The position numbers and the translations under genes are program-made. From Prolixibacteraceae bacterium (GTDB lineage: Bacteria; Bacteroidota; Bacteroidia; Bacteroidales; Prolixibacteraceae), in contig CAXXKQ010000037.1 in assembly GCA_963676535.2 (NCBI GenBank), positions 15,613 to 79,612 on the forward strand: a stretch of 64,000 nucleotides of DNA, written 5' to 3'. Below, in pieces: positions 1-10,062 of the stretch (positions within the stretch are counted from its first letter, which is position 1; each line of letters opens with the position of its first letter). The notes beneath the pieces are model-generated. The model did not search any database, was not told the DNA's origin, and saw nothing but the letters and a program-made list of their open reading frames with translations.

Positions 1-911
1 GTTTTGTAATCGCGCTCAAACGATAACGCCTGATAAGTTTTCCCCTGGTACCACCGTCCGATAAGCATGAAGAAAACCAGTCCGGTGAGCGAATCGATGT
101 AGCCGATTCCCTTTCTGGAAAGTATTTCAACCAGACTTTGGGTGAACAGCGTAATCAGCCCAAATGCAATTGGCAAATCAATGCTGATCATTTTATTTTT
201 CAGGCTTTTCCATGCGGTCAGAAAATAATCGCTGGCGCTGTAACTCAATACCGGGATAGCCAGTGCCACGCTGAGCCAGCCGAACAATTGTTTCATGTCG
301 ACATCCAGAAACTGGTGCCCCGGCAGGTATTGCGGAAAATGGTAAATCATGGCATTCATAAAGGCGAATGCAGCCACCCCAATTTTGATGAACAGCTTTT
401 TGTCCAACTGTGATGAGGCTGGTTTTTCAATACTATGCTGGCTGATTTCAGGAATATAGTGAATGCTCGCCAGCAGTTCGGCCAACTGGCGAAGCGAAAT
501 TTCATGTTCATTAAAAGTTACGTTTATTTCCTTTTTTGGAAAATTTACAAAGGAATGAATGACTCCGGGATGCAGGCTGTGCAGGTTTTCGAGCAGCCAG
601 ATGCACGAAGCGCAATGAATTTCAGGAATAAAGAAACTGACTTTGGCAATGCCGCCTTCCGAAAAAGTAAGGATTTTGGATTTGAATTTCTCCAGATCAA
701 GAAAGGCGTACGTTTCATCCGACAGGCGCTTTTCATCCTCAATTCGTATGCCCGGCATCAATTCGATCTGGTAATACTGGTTGAGCTGATTGGCACTCAA
801 AATCTGGTAAACCGTGGAACAGCCTGAACAGCAGAATGCATTCCCTTCAAATATTACCGGGGACTTTTCACACGTATTTCCACAATGAATACATTTCAAT
901 TCTTCATTCAT
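1..911 (-). CDS. heavy-metal translocating P-type ATPase, N-terminal part (CcoI/FixI-like); gene continues beyond the left edge
   Basis: Manual minus-strand translation from ATG at 911 gives MNEELKCIHCGNTCEKSPVIFEGNAFCCSGCSTVYQIL..., a Cys-rich N-terminal metal-binding domain of CcoI-type ATPases. An HMA-like CASC segment and the first TM helices follow. The frame stays open to position 1, and it is absent from the ORF track because no stop lies in the window. Confidence 0.8.
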   Translation of the reverse strand, partial: MNEELKCIHCGNTCEKSPVIFEGNAFCCSGCSTVYQILSANQLNQYYQIELMPGIRIEDEKRLSDETYAFLDLEKFKSKILTFSEGGIAKVSFFIPEIHCASCIWLLENLHSLHPGVIHSFVNFPKKEINVTFNEHEISLRQLAELLASIHYIPEISQHSIEKPASSQLDKKLFIKIGVAAFAFMNAMIYHFPQYLPGHQFLDVDMKQLFGWLSVALAIPVLSYSASDYFLTAWKSLKNKMISIDLPIAFGLITLFTQSLVEILSRKGIGYIDSLTGLVFFMLIGRWYQGKTYQALSFERDYK

Positions 912-1074
912 GAGTTCAGGGCTGGCAGTTGGATTTTACCGGATATTAAGGATTGAAACAGGATTTTGTTCATCCCGAAATCGGAAAAAACATGGCGGAT
1001 AAACAGGTTTTACAGGCAACCTGCTATAACACCTTGTCAACTAAAATGTTCCGGACAGCTCTTTTTTACCAACG

Positions 1075-1746
1075 TTACCACACAAACGGCATAATTTTGT
1101 AACGGGTTTTTCGGGAGTATTCGCGGTAGCCCTTCAGCTCGGCCATCAAGGTCCGGTCTTCCAGCGAAGTTCTTACTATAAACAGGATAATCAGGAGACT
1201 GACGGGGATGACGCTCCACACTGAACCAAACAGCAACGGAAATCCCAATGCCTGAATAATTGAACCCAGGTAAGCAGGGTGCCTGACCAGTTTATACAGC
1301 CCGGTTTCGCAAACAAAATGTTCCCGGTTCGTTTGAATTCTGACAGTACTGGAGAAAAAGCGGTTCTGCTTCTGGGCAAACAGGAACAGGAGCTGTCCCG
1401 AAGCGGTCAGAATTATCCCCGGCAGATAGAAATTCCAGTGAAAACAGGGCGACCAGTGGTAGCGCCCCGAATCAAGTCCGGCAACGATAAACATGGCAAT
1501 AGTGATGAGGAAAGATAATCTCAGGATATTTTTATCCCATTGCTTGGTGTCTTCTTCCGGGTTGGAACGTTCCGCCAGCAATTCGGAATCTATTCGCAGA
1601 ACCGTGTAATTCAGTAACGTCATGATCAGTCCAATGGCCACGTAAATCAGTCCTTGCCAATAATCTACCCGACCCGCACTTACAAACAAAATCGCGAAAA
1701 ATACAAATGTTCCGGTCAGGTGTTTAATCAGGTAATTTGCTTTCAT
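1075..1746 (-). CDS. ICMT/PEMT-family membrane methyltransferase
   Basis: 223-aa multi-TM ORF with the C-terminal motif ETGLYKLVRHPAYLGSII, typical of isoprenylcysteine carboxyl / phospholipid methyltransferases. Confidence 0.75.
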   Translation of the reverse strand: MKANYLIKHLTGTFVFFAILFVSAGRVDYWQGLIYVAIGLIMTLLNYTVLRIDSELLAERSNPEEDTKQWDKNILRLSFLITIAMFIVAGLDSGRYHWSPCFHWNFYLPGIILTASGQLLFLFAQKQNRFFSSTVRIQTNREHFVCETGLYKLVRHPAYLGSIIQALGFPLLFGSVWSVIPVSLLIILFIVRTSLEDRTLMAELKGYREYSRKTRYKIMPFVW

Positions 1747-2146
1747 GATTTCTATTTTGTTTTGAATGTGTATCCGTTCTTTTACTTAAATTGAAAAATA
1801 AAACGACCAGACTTCCTATTGCACTGCCCCTCATGTTCGGAATTTCGTTCCAAAACCGATGGGCCATTTCCCCAATTTACGGCAATACCATTTTTTCATC
1901 GGCAATTTCACCAAAATACAAATTCCTGCCCTCCGTGCATATTGTTACAAAATAAATGGCATTCGACCCATAATCCCAATTTTGCAAACGGACCGAAGGA
2001 ATCCGGTATTTATCCTGAAATTTGTTGGTTGTGGAAGACTATTTAAAACGATGCTACCCATTTATCTCTGTTTTTAACAGCATGCTGCCTGCAAATCAGG
2101 TTTCTCCGAGATGATGAAATGCAGCCTTTTTTGGAAAGGCAATAAA

Positions 2147-3151
2147 TTATCTTCCTACGATCAGTTTATTCACAAATATACGGTCAGCTAAAACGACTCG
2201 GACAAAGTAGATTCCTTCGGGTAAGTCGACAACATTTAGCGGATTCACCGCCGGAAAATTAAGTTTCTTTTTCACCAACTGACCATTCATATTTACCAGT
2301 GACACTTCCTGTAAAGTTGGCTCCAAAAAGTTCTCAAACGAAATATAGCTGTTGGCCGGGTTAGGATAGATTTTCGGTTCTTCACGGGCTATGGCCGGAT
2401 TTATCTGAACAGTTCCTTTCTTTAAAATGATATTTAACGCCATATCTCCCCCGTTACTCTTTATGCCCACACTAACTAAGTCATTATTAAGCTGTTGTGG
2501 TTTATAATAAACCGAAAAAGTATAATCTTCGGCTCCTTTTAGTTTTTTCTTCAGATCAAAATTGCTCGAAAATTCATTTCCTTCAGGCAAACTAATCGAA
2601 ACAAATTTCAGGGTATCGTTGGCCCGGTTGGTCAATATAATTTGCAAGGTGTCGGCCATTCCATATTGAAGTGTACCATTTTTTATGCCTCCATTTGAAC
2701 CCAACATGAGTTTTGGTGCAAGTACCGATGTCGTGGGCAATGACTTGCTTTTCCAGGCACTTATTCCCCCGCTCATCTCATAAACTTCAGCGAAATTCAG
2801 ATTTTTCATCATTGTCAGGGTAGGCGCACTTCGGCCTCCGGATTGACAATGAAGCAGAAATATCTTCTTTTTAGGCAATGCGTTAAGCTGGAAGTTAAAA
2901 TCAGCATCATAGTAATTCCGGTTAATCGATCCCGCTAAATGGTCGGATTTCCATATATCCGGTGTGCGGACATCCAGAATAACAAAATCGGGATTCATCT
3001 CATTCGCTTTAATCAAACTATCGCAGGCTGTCGCCGAGATGGTTCTGTACTTATTTGCACTGATTTCCTGATTTGCCGGAAATACATAAGGAGCTATAAA
3101 TAATCCGGCAACACCAATGATGAGACTAAGAATGAATGCATTGCTCTTCAT
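2147..3151 (-). CDS. exported rhodanese-domain protein with beta-sandwich region and T9SS C-terminal sorting domain
   Basis: Signal peptide, then a rhodanese fold with active-site loop HCQSGGRS. The C-terminal ~80 aa (IYPNPANSYISF...GIYFVRV...VNKLIV) match the Por/T9SS CTD pattern. Confidence 0.75.
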   Translation of the reverse strand: MKSNAFILSLIIGVAGLFIAPYVFPANQEISANKYRTISATACDSLIKANEMNPDFVILDVRTPDIWKSDHLAGSINRNYYDADFNFQLNALPKKKIFLLHCQSGGRSAPTLTMMKNLNFAEVYEMSGGISAWKSKSLPTTSVLAPKLMLGSNGGIKNGTLQYGMADTLQIILTNRANDTLKFVSISLPEGNEFSSNFDLKKKLKGAEDYTFSVYYKPQQLNNDLVSVGIKSNGGDMALNIILKKGTVQINPAIAREEPKIYPNPANSYISFENFLEPTLQEVSLVNMNGQLVKKKLNFPAVNPLNVVDLPEGIYFVRVVLADRIFVNKLIVGR

Positions 3152-3155
3152 TTGT

Positions 3156-4472
3156 TTATTTTTTTAGTCTTCCATATAAATCAAATTCTTCTGAATCCGT
3201 GATTTCAACCTCGCAAAACTGACCCTTTTTCAGCGAAGTTTCTTTGCTGATCAACACTTCTCCATCCACTTCCGGCGAATCAAATTCAGTGCGCCCCACA
3301 TAAAATTCGTCTTCCTCCCGATCAACAATCACTTTCAGCGTCTTTCCAACACGGGTTTCATTAAGTTGAGCCGAAATTCGCTGCTGAATAGCCATGATTT
3401 CGTCGGCCCGTGCCTGCTTTATTTCTTCGGGAATGTCATCCGAATATTTTTGATAACCGTAAGTTCCTTCTTCGTGTGAATAGGGAAATACGCCTAAACG
3501 ATCAAACCGGTGTTTGATCACAAAGCTTTTCAGTTGTTCAAAATCTGCTTCAGTTTCGCCCGGATGACCAACCAACATCGTGGTCCTGATCGCAATTCCC
3601 GGAACTTCTTCTTTGATTTTCTGAAGCAAAGCCTCCGTTTCTTCAGTGGTCACATGGCGAAGCATGTGTTTTAGCACATTATTGGAACTGTGCTGCAACG
3701 GAATATCGATGTATTTGCAAAGTTTGTCAACCGATTTGAACAGAGGTAAAATATCCAGCGGAAATTTGGTTGGATACAAGTAATGAAGCCGAATCCACTC
3801 AATGCCGTCGACCCCGGCAATTTTCTGAATGAGTTCCGCCAACATTCCTTTTCCGTACAAATCAATGCCGTAGTACGACAAATCCTGGGCAATGAGTAAA
3901 ATCTCGCGAACGCCATTTTTTGCCAGGTATTTGGCTTCTTTCACCAGGTCCTCCATCGATTTTGAACGATGTTTACCTGTCATTCCGGGAATTGCGCAGA
4001 ATGCACAAACACGGTTGCACCCTTCGGAGATTTTCAGGTAAGCAAAATGTGACGGAGTGGTTATTTTTCTTTCATAAATAAATTCCGGACGGTAGGTTGC
4101 CTTCAACTCTCCAACCAAGGCTTTCAGGTCGAATTTGCCAAAAAACTTATCCACCTCAGGCACTTCCTTTTCCAGATCAGTTTTATATCGTTCCGAAAGG
4201 CAGCCCATCACATATAATTTGTCGATATCGCCACGACCTTTAGCATCCACAAACTGCAAAATGGTGTTGACCGATTCCTCCTTGGCATCATGAATAAATC
4301 CGCAGGTATTGATCACCACAATGTCCGAATTATTCTCGTTCGAGTCGTGCACCACCTCAAATCCATCCATCGACAGTTGGTTCAGCAATACTTCCGAATC
4401 TACCAGGTTTTTCGAGCAACCTAAAGTCACCACATTTATTTTTTGCTTCACCATTTTCGTTTTTAAAACCAC
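3156..4472 (-). CDS. rimO: ribosomal protein S12 methylthiotransferase RimO
   Basis: 438-aa ORF with an MTTase N-domain (VVTLGCSKNLVDSE), radical-SAM CNRVCAFCAIP and a C-terminal TRAM domain. An alternative start ATG lies at 4454 (MVKQKINVV). Confidence 0.93.
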   Translation of the reverse strand: MVLKTKMVKQKINVVTLGCSKNLVDSEVLLNQLSMDGFEVVHDSNENNSDIVVINTCGFIHDAKEESVNTILQFVDAKGRGDIDKLYVMGCLSERYKTDLEKEVPEVDKFFGKFDLKALVGELKATYRPEFIYERKITTPSHFAYLKISEGCNRVCAFCAIPGMTGKHRSKSMEDLVKEAKYLAKNGVREILLIAQDLSYYGIDLYGKGMLAELIQKIAGVDGIEWIRLHYLYPTKFPLDILPLFKSVDKLCKYIDIPLQHSSNNVLKHMLRHVTTEETEALLQKIKEEVPGIAIRTTMLVGHPGETEADFEQLKSFVIKHRFDRLGVFPYSHEEGTYGYQKYSDDIPEEIKQARADEIMAIQQRISAQLNETRVGKTLKVIVDREEDEFYVGRTEFDSPEVDGEVLISKETSLKKGQFCEVEITDSEEFDLYGRLKK

Positions 4473-4641
4473 ACAGACACATAGACCACATAGATTTTTA
4501 CTTTTCTATATGAACTATGTGTCTATGCGGTAATTTATTGTAAATTTAAACAGAAACGAATTTCCAATAACCAACACCTAACATTCAATATCCAAAACCT
4601 CCGCATACCAGAACCTGGAATTTGGAATTTGGAACTTGAGA

Positions 4642-5592
4642 CTAAGAAAACAGCGATTCCACAAATTCCCGCCTTCGGAAAATCTGGAGGTCGTCCATTT
4701 TTTCGCCAATTCCAATGTATTTAACCGGAATTTTAAACTGGTCTGAAATGCCAATTACCACGCCGCCTTTAGCTGTTCCGTCGAGTTTGGTCAATGCTAA
4801 AGCCGTAACTTCAGTAGCTTTGGTAAATTGCTTGGCCTGTTCAAAAGCGTTCTGACCGGTTGAACCATCTAAAATCAGTAAAACTTCGTTGGGTGCAGTT
4901 GGCACCACCTTTTTCATGACCAACTTAATTTTGCTCAACTCGTTCATCAGGTTTACTTTGTTGTGTAAACGTCCTGCGGTGTCAATAATTACCACGTCGG
5001 CTCCCTGTGCTTTGGCTGACGAAAGCGTATCATAAGCCACTGAAGCAGGATCGGCCCCCATACCCTGTTTTACCAAAGGCACCTGAACGCGGTCGGCCCA
5101 AATCTGAAGCTGGTCGATTGCAGCGGCCCGGAAAGTATCTGCTGCACCTAAAACCACTTTTTTACCGGCAGCTTTAAACTGGTATGCCAGTTTGCCAATG
5201 GTCGTCGTTTTGCCAACACCATTTACACCCACAACCATAATCACATAAGGTTCGGAGCTGTCGGGCAGATCGAAGTCAGAAACATCGTTGCTGTTATTTT
5301 CTTCAAGCAGGCTGGTGATCTCTTCCCTGAGAATAATATTTAGTTCGGAAGTTCCCATGTATTTATCAGAGGATACGCGCTTTTCAACACGCTCAATAAT
5401 TTTCAGCGTGGTTTCAACACCAACATCCGAAGAAATCAGAATCTCTTCCAGGTTGTCAAGCACTTCATCGTCAACCTTTGATTTACCAATAATGACGCGG
5501 CCTAACTTTTTAAATACACTTTCCTTGGTCTTCGAGAGTCCTTGTTCAAGACTTTCCTTTTTCTTACTGGTAAAACTTCCGAAAATACCCAT
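4642..5592 (-). CDS. ftsY: signal recognition particle receptor FtsY
   Basis: 316-aa ORF with SRP54-type GTPase motifs GVNGVGKTTTIGKLA, DTAGRL and TKLDGTAKGG. Confidence 0.93.
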   Translation of the reverse strand: MGIFGSFTSKKKESLEQGLSKTKESVFKKLGRVIIGKSKVDDEVLDNLEEILISSDVGVETTLKIIERVEKRVSSDKYMGTSELNIILREEITSLLEENNSNDVSDFDLPDSSEPYVIMVVGVNGVGKTTTIGKLAYQFKAAGKKVVLGAADTFRAAAIDQLQIWADRVQVPLVKQGMGADPASVAYDTLSSAKAQGADVVIIDTAGRLHNKVNLMNELSKIKLVMKKVVPTAPNEVLLILDGSTGQNAFEQAKQFTKATEVTALALTKLDGTAKGGVVIGISDQFKIPVKYIGIGEKMDDLQIFRRREFVESLFS

Positions 5593-5687
5593 ATCAACTC
5601 AAATTAAGGGGCTGCAAGTTAGTAATACATCCAATAAAAAAAGCTCTCACCAGTGATGAAAGCTTTTTTCTATAGAGAAATTTTGAT

Positions 5688-5840
5688 TTATTTCTTAAAA
5701 TAATCCTTTACATTATCATTCGGAATAATTTCTTCCTGAAAAATGTATGCACCGGTCTTTTCGGATTTTACCATTCTCACCACTTTTGCGTGGCCCTTAC
5801 CGGCACCTTTTTGTAATGATGCAACTACTTTCTTTGCCAT
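5688..5840 (-). CDS. DUF4295-family small protein (50 aa)
   Basis: Manual translation gives MAKKVVASLQKGAGKGHAKVVRMVKSEKTGAYIFQEEIIPNDNVKDYFKK. It is below the ORF-track cutoff. Its position between rpmG and ftsY is the conserved Bacteroidota synteny for DUF4295. Confidence 0.7.
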   Translation of the reverse strand: MAKKVVASLQKGAGKGHAKVVRMVKSEKTGAYIFQEEIIPNDNVKDYFKK

Positions 5841-5848
5841 ACTATTTC

Positions 5849-6031
5849 TTATTTAATTTCGCGGTGTACAGTAACTCGCTTTAAATTAGGATTGTATTTT
5901 TTCTTTTCCAAACGTTCAGGAGTATTTTTCCTGTTTTTGGTGGTGATGTACCGGGAAGTTCCGGGAACTCCGCTGGTCTTTTGTTCGGTACATTCCATGA
6001 TTACCTGAATTCTATTACCTTTCTTAGCCAT
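5849..6031 (-). CDS. rpmG: 50S ribosomal protein L33
   Basis: 60-aa [21 protein letters not shown]...[17 protein letters not shown] is typical L33. Confidence 0.95.
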   Translation of the reverse strand: MAKKGNRIQVIMECTEQKTSGVPGTSRYITTKNRKNTPERLEKKKYNPNLKRVTVHREIK

Positions 6032-6042
6032 CTCTTAAAGCT

Positions 6043-6285
6043 TTAAATAGTTGTTATAAAACCTTTTTCCTTTGCATTTTTCAATGCAGCGTTCAATCCG
6101 TTTTTGTTGATGGTACGGATGCCGTTGGCTGAAACAGTTAACGAAACCCAACGATCTTCTTCAGGTAGATAGAACTTCTTCTTGAACAGGTTAGGAAGAA
6201 ACTTCCGTTTTGTTCTGCGCTTTGAGTGAGAAACATTATTTCCCACCATTACTTTTTTCCCGGTTACTTGACAAACTCTTGACAT
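6043..6285 (-). CDS. rpmB: 50S ribosomal protein L28
   Basis: 80-aa [36 protein letters not shown] is typical L28. Confidence 0.95.
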   Translation of the reverse strand: MSRVCQVTGKKVMVGNNVSHSKRRTKRKFLPNLFKKKFYLPEEDRWVSLTVSANGIRTINKNGLNAALKNAKEKGFITTI

Positions 6286-6558
6286 TGTCTTATTTTTTAA
6301 TCAGAATCTCACATTTTTCAAACAGACCGCAAAATAAGTACATTTTATTTAAACTATCAAATAGTTAGAGAAGATTTTTCAACAAAAAACTGTTGTATCC
6401 AAACTTTCACTTCAACAACATTCATTACACTTATTATCAACTAGATACATTGCAACAAAACAAATCTTACACAAAATTAATTCAGTCACTTTTCCTTTCC
6501 TGTCGCGAAATACAAGCTTTTAAATTATTTTTACTTTGTCAAAAAAAAATCCGGAAGG

Positions 6559-7374
6559 GTGAACCAACAGCAGACTAAATATTATCCAACTATTCTGGGT
6601 GCAATACACCTGATTGTACTTTACACGTTTATTCAGACCATCGTGGATTTTCCGCTGGCCCTGCTCGATTATTACCATGGTACAGATTATTTATCCAATC
6701 CCATCAAGAAAATTGCACTCGGGCTCGGCTCCAATCTTTTTATCTTTTATTATGCCTATCGAAAAGCAGGAGTGCCGTTGAAAGAACTTTTTCCGTACCG
6801 GTCATTTAATTTTCTGGTACTGATCCCGGTATTATTCTTTTTTTGGTCTGCGCAAAATCTGATTGGCGAAGTTAATATTTGGGTCGAACACGTTTTGCCT
6901 CCTCCATCCTGGTTCTGGGAATTATTCAACAAAATTTTTGAAAGCGACTACGGAATTTACGGCGCCATTCTAAAAGTAGTCATTGTGGCTCCGATCGTTG
7001 AAGAATTGATTTTCAGAGGAATTATCATGCACGGTCTGATGCGGAATTATTCGAAGTTCACTGCAGTATTCGTTTCGGCGCTGATGTTTGCCTTATTTCA
7101 CCTGAATCCGTGGCAATTTCCGGCTACATTCGTTCTTGGCGTTGTTTTGGGGATTCTGATGGTGCGCACACGCAATATTTTTCTTTGCATTCTGGGCCAT
7201 GCCATCAACAACGGACTGGTATTAATCAGTATTCAATATTGGAATGAAATTCAGCAGACTTCGTTTTACCAATCGGGCAAAACCGACCAGCTTGTCACCA
7301 GCGCCGTAATTGCTTCCATAATGCTGGGACTAATTTTTCTTTTGAGCCGTACCCGAATTCCACCGAGGAATTAA
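6559..7374 (+). CDS. CPBP-family intramembrane glutamic endopeptidase (CAAX protease-like)
   Basis: 271-aa multi-TM ORF with CPBP motifs EELIFRG, FALFHL and HAINN. GTG start. Confidence 0.8.
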   Translation: MNQQQTKYYPTILGAIHLIVLYTFIQTIVDFPLALLDYYHGTDYLSNPIKKIALGLGSNLFIFYYAYRKAGVPLKELFPYRSFNFLVLIPVLFFFWSAQNLIGEVNIWVEHVLPPPSWFWELFNKIFESDYGIYGAILKVVIVAPIVEELIFRGIIMHGLMRNYSKFTAVFVSALMFALFHLNPWQFPATFVLGVVLGILMVRTRNIFLCILGHAINNGLVLISIQYWNEIQQTSFYQSGKTDQLVTSAVIASIMLGLIFLLSRTRIPPRN

Positions 7375-7446
7375 ACCGTAGTTTTGTTTGCTTCTTTTGA
7401 ATAAGCACTATATTTACAGCTCAAAAATTGAGTAAAACCCATCAGC

Positions 7447-7926
7447 ATGGAACGAGTTGCCATCTTTCCAGGGTCGTTTGATCCGTTTACCATCGGGCAC
7501 GAAAGTATTGTGAAGCGGGCATTGCCTCTTTTCGATAAAATCGTCATCATGATCGGATATAACTCCAACAAACGCTCGTTCTTTCCGGTTGAAAAGCGGG
7601 AAGCCTGGATCAGGGAAGTGTTTAAAGATGAACCACGGGTTGAAGTACTCAGTCACGAAGGACTAACAGTAGATTTTTGTAAAAAGGTAAATGCCGGTTA
7701 CATTCTCCGTGGACTACGCACTTCGGCCGACTTTGAATACGAACGGGCCATTGCGCAGATCAACAAAAAAATGTACCCGCAAATTGAATCCGTTTTCCTG
7801 TTGACTATGCCCGAACACACGCCAATTAACTCAACCATAGTCCGCGATATTATTCTGCATGGCGGCGATGCCAGCATGTTTTTACCGGCGGCTTTGAATA
7901 AAGCTGATTTTAAATTGAAAGAATAA
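7447..7926 (+). CDS. coaD: pantetheine-phosphate adenylyltransferase
   Basis: 159-aa ORF with AIFPGSFDPFTIGHESIV (T/HxGH nucleotidyltransferase motif). Length and sequence are typical of CoaD. Confidence 0.93.
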   Translation: MERVAIFPGSFDPFTIGHESIVKRALPLFDKIVIMIGYNSNKRSFFPVEKREAWIREVFKDEPRVEVLSHEGLTVDFCKKVNAGYILRGLRTSADFEYERAIAQINKKMYPQIESVFLLTMPEHTPINSTIVRDIILHGGDASMFLPAALNKADFKLKE

Positions 7927-7980
7927 TTTTCATCTTTCTTCGTTTTACCTGACGATCATTATCCCGAAATTTAAATCCGA

Positions 7981-9405
7981 GTGAACACAAAAATTCTGTT
8001 TCCTATTTTCCTTATTTTATTTTTGCTTCAGTCTTTGACATCCGGAGCTGTACTGGTAAAAATCATGGGGAAAGCTCCTGAATATGCCAACCAAACCATT
8101 GAATTGAATAGGCTGCACGATTTTATTTCGGAAGAAAAAATCAGTCTGGGAACCCTTCGTTTCAATGCTCAGGGGCAATTCAGTACCGAGTTCGATCTGG
8201 AGGGAATAACCCTCTGCTTTGCTGATTTTGATGGCTACCACGGAATGATTTACCTGGAACCCGAAAAAACTTACGAACTGCTGTTCCCTCCCAAGCGCCA
8301 ACTGACAGAGGCTCAAAAGCGAAACCCCTTTGTAAAACCCGATGTGGTTTGGTTTGGGATTGCCAATTCTGAAAAAAATGAACTTAATTTCCGGATTCAG
8401 CAATTTGAACAGGCCTACCTTAAATACGAAAACACTTATTTCGATCAGATATTTGTCAATCAGAACAAGGCTTTGGTTGATACCGTCAAACAAAAGCTTT
8501 CAAAAGAATTTCCACAAACCGGCATTTCGTTTTTTGAAGCGCACAAGCAATTCCGGAAAGCAAATCTCGAATTCGCCCTTCACCAGGGAAAATCAGCCGG
8601 GTTCATGGAAGCCTATTTTAGTTCAACCGGACCAGCGTATAACCTTGCAGCCTATTCAACCCTATTCAACCAGTTGTTTTCCAATTACTTCAATATATTG
8701 ACCAATAGTCCATCCGGCGAAACAGTCAAAAAAATGATCAACTCATCCAATTTGCAACAACTTGATGACTATTTTCAGGCGAAACTCAAATTCAACAAAG
8801 CCCTGTCGCATTTAATCCTGTTGAAATCGTTGAAGGATGCCTATTACAGCAAACAATTTCAAAAGTCTTCAGTTTTAAAAATGCTTGATATGGTTGACAA
8901 TGTCGGATGGAGCAGCTACGAACAAAAAACTGCACAACTTATCCGGTCAAAACTCACTTATTTAGCCAGTGGCACACTCCCGCCAACATTTAGTTTAAAA
9001 AATCTGAACGGGCAAAAAGTAAGCCTGAACGACTACAGAAACAGCTACGTTTACCTGCATTTTACAGATCCGAAAAACACCATCTGCCGGCAACACCTGG
9101 ACGCACTTAAAACCATTGCCGGGCATTATCCGGGGAAACTGGTCATCATTAATGTAATACTTGATCAGTCGTCTTTCAAAAACGAAAATGGCTGGGCCGG
9201 AATATTTACAACCACCGAAAGCAACCTGGAAGAAACCTTTAAAGTCAAAACGTTTCCGAATTCATTCCTGATCGGGAAAGACGGTAAGCTGCTGCTTTCA
9301 CCAGCGCCCAACCCGATTGACGGGCTCGACCGTCAGCTTGGGCAGATTTTCAAAAGCGATTATTTCAGAGAAATGCAAAAACAGGGCAATCCTTCGGCTA
9401 AATAA
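7981..9405 (+). CDS. exported protein with C-terminal thioredoxin-fold (TlpA/AhpC-TSA-like) domain
   Basis: 474-aa ORF with a GTG start and signal peptide. The C-terminal ~140 aa have redoxin-like topology (FSLKNLNGQKVSLNDY...YVYLHFTDPKNTICRQH...FPNSFLIGKDGKL). Only one Cys occupies the place of the usual CxxC. Confidence 0.6.
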   Translation: MNTKILFPIFLILFLLQSLTSGAVLVKIMGKAPEYANQTIELNRLHDFISEEKISLGTLRFNAQGQFSTEFDLEGITLCFADFDGYHGMIYLEPEKTYELLFPPKRQLTEAQKRNPFVKPDVVWFGIANSEKNELNFRIQQFEQAYLKYENTYFDQIFVNQNKALVDTVKQKLSKEFPQTGISFFEAHKQFRKANLEFALHQGKSAGFMEAYFSSTGPAYNLAAYSTLFNQLFSNYFNILTNSPSGETVKKMINSSNLQQLDDYFQAKLKFNKALSHLILLKSLKDAYYSKQFQKSSVLKMLDMVDNVGWSSYEQKTAQLIRSKLTYLASGTLPPTFSLKNLNGQKVSLNDYRNSYVYLHFTDPKNTICRQHLDALKTIAGHYPGKLVIINVILDQSSFKNENGWAGIFTTTESNLEETFKVKTFPNSFLIGKDGKLLLSPAPNPIDGLDRQLGQIFKSDYFREMQKQGNPSAK

Positions 9406-10030
9406 ACGGTAGTGTTTTTCCTAAAAAATCACGAAGACTCGAATAAGTTTTGGTCATTACCCGAGTAAGCTCCGAAGCAGCAAACCACCGGGCGGCCAGA
9501 ATATTTTCCTCCTGCTGAGGAACGGGTAATGCTTCTCCCGCATAGTTCATCAAAAACCATTTGGTTTCTTTCAGTACCAGGTTGTTTGGATGTTTAAGGT
9601 ATGGCGAACGATAAATGTGATAAGTAGAGTCGAGCTGCCTGACCACCTGAAGTCCGTTCAACCCACACTCCTCCTGCACCTCGCGAACGGCCGCCGTTTC
9701 CGGAGTCTCGTTTTTCTCAATTTTACCTTTGGGCAGATCCCAAACACCCAGCCGATCAATAAAAAGGAATGATCCTTCCCTGTTTTGCACTAGGCCACCG
9801 GCAGCCGGAATCTCAGTAAAACTACTCCGGAACCGGGTCCAAATTTCGTCGAGATTCGGATTCAGGATCAAGAATTCAGACTCGCAGTTTTCTGATTCAA
9901 TCTTCAAAATTAACTGATTTACAAAATCATAACTCTCAGAATAAATAATGAAGACAACGTTACTATTTGATGATTTTTTAATTTCGGAGTCCAGCTGAAT
10001 GATAGAGCCATTGAAAAAAACTTTGTACAT
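9398..10030 (-). CDS. NUDIX hydrolase
   Basis: 210-aa ORF with a Nudix box: GKIEKNETPETAAVREVQEECGL. Confidence 0.8.
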   Translation of the reverse strand: MYKVFFNGSIIQLDSEIKKSSNSNVVFIIYSESYDFVNQLILKIESENCESEFLILNPNLDEIWTRFRSSFTEIPAAGGLVQNREGSFLFIDRLGVWDLPKGKIEKNETPETAAVREVQEECGLNGLQVVRQLDSTYHIYRSPYLKHPNNLVLKETKWFLMNYAGEALPVPQQEENILAARWFAASELTRVMTKTYSSLRDFLGKTLPFI

Positions 10031-10062
10031 TTGTGCACTTTATTAGTAAAAATAAATAAATC

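Noticed and set aside
138-827. Plus-strand ORFs 138..413 and 435..827 (91 and 130 aa)
   Set aside because: They lie antisense to a continuous, clearly homologous P-type ATPase reading frame on the minus strand. Their sequences are low-complexity and have no recognisable motifs.
1819-2077. ORFs 1819..2046 and 1859..2077 in the 400-bp gap between the ICMT-like and rhodanese genes
   Set aside because: They overlap each other, are Cys/Pro/Phe-rich and lack any start context or motif. I treat the gap as non-coding promoter/terminator space and saw no riboswitch or tRNA-like structure.
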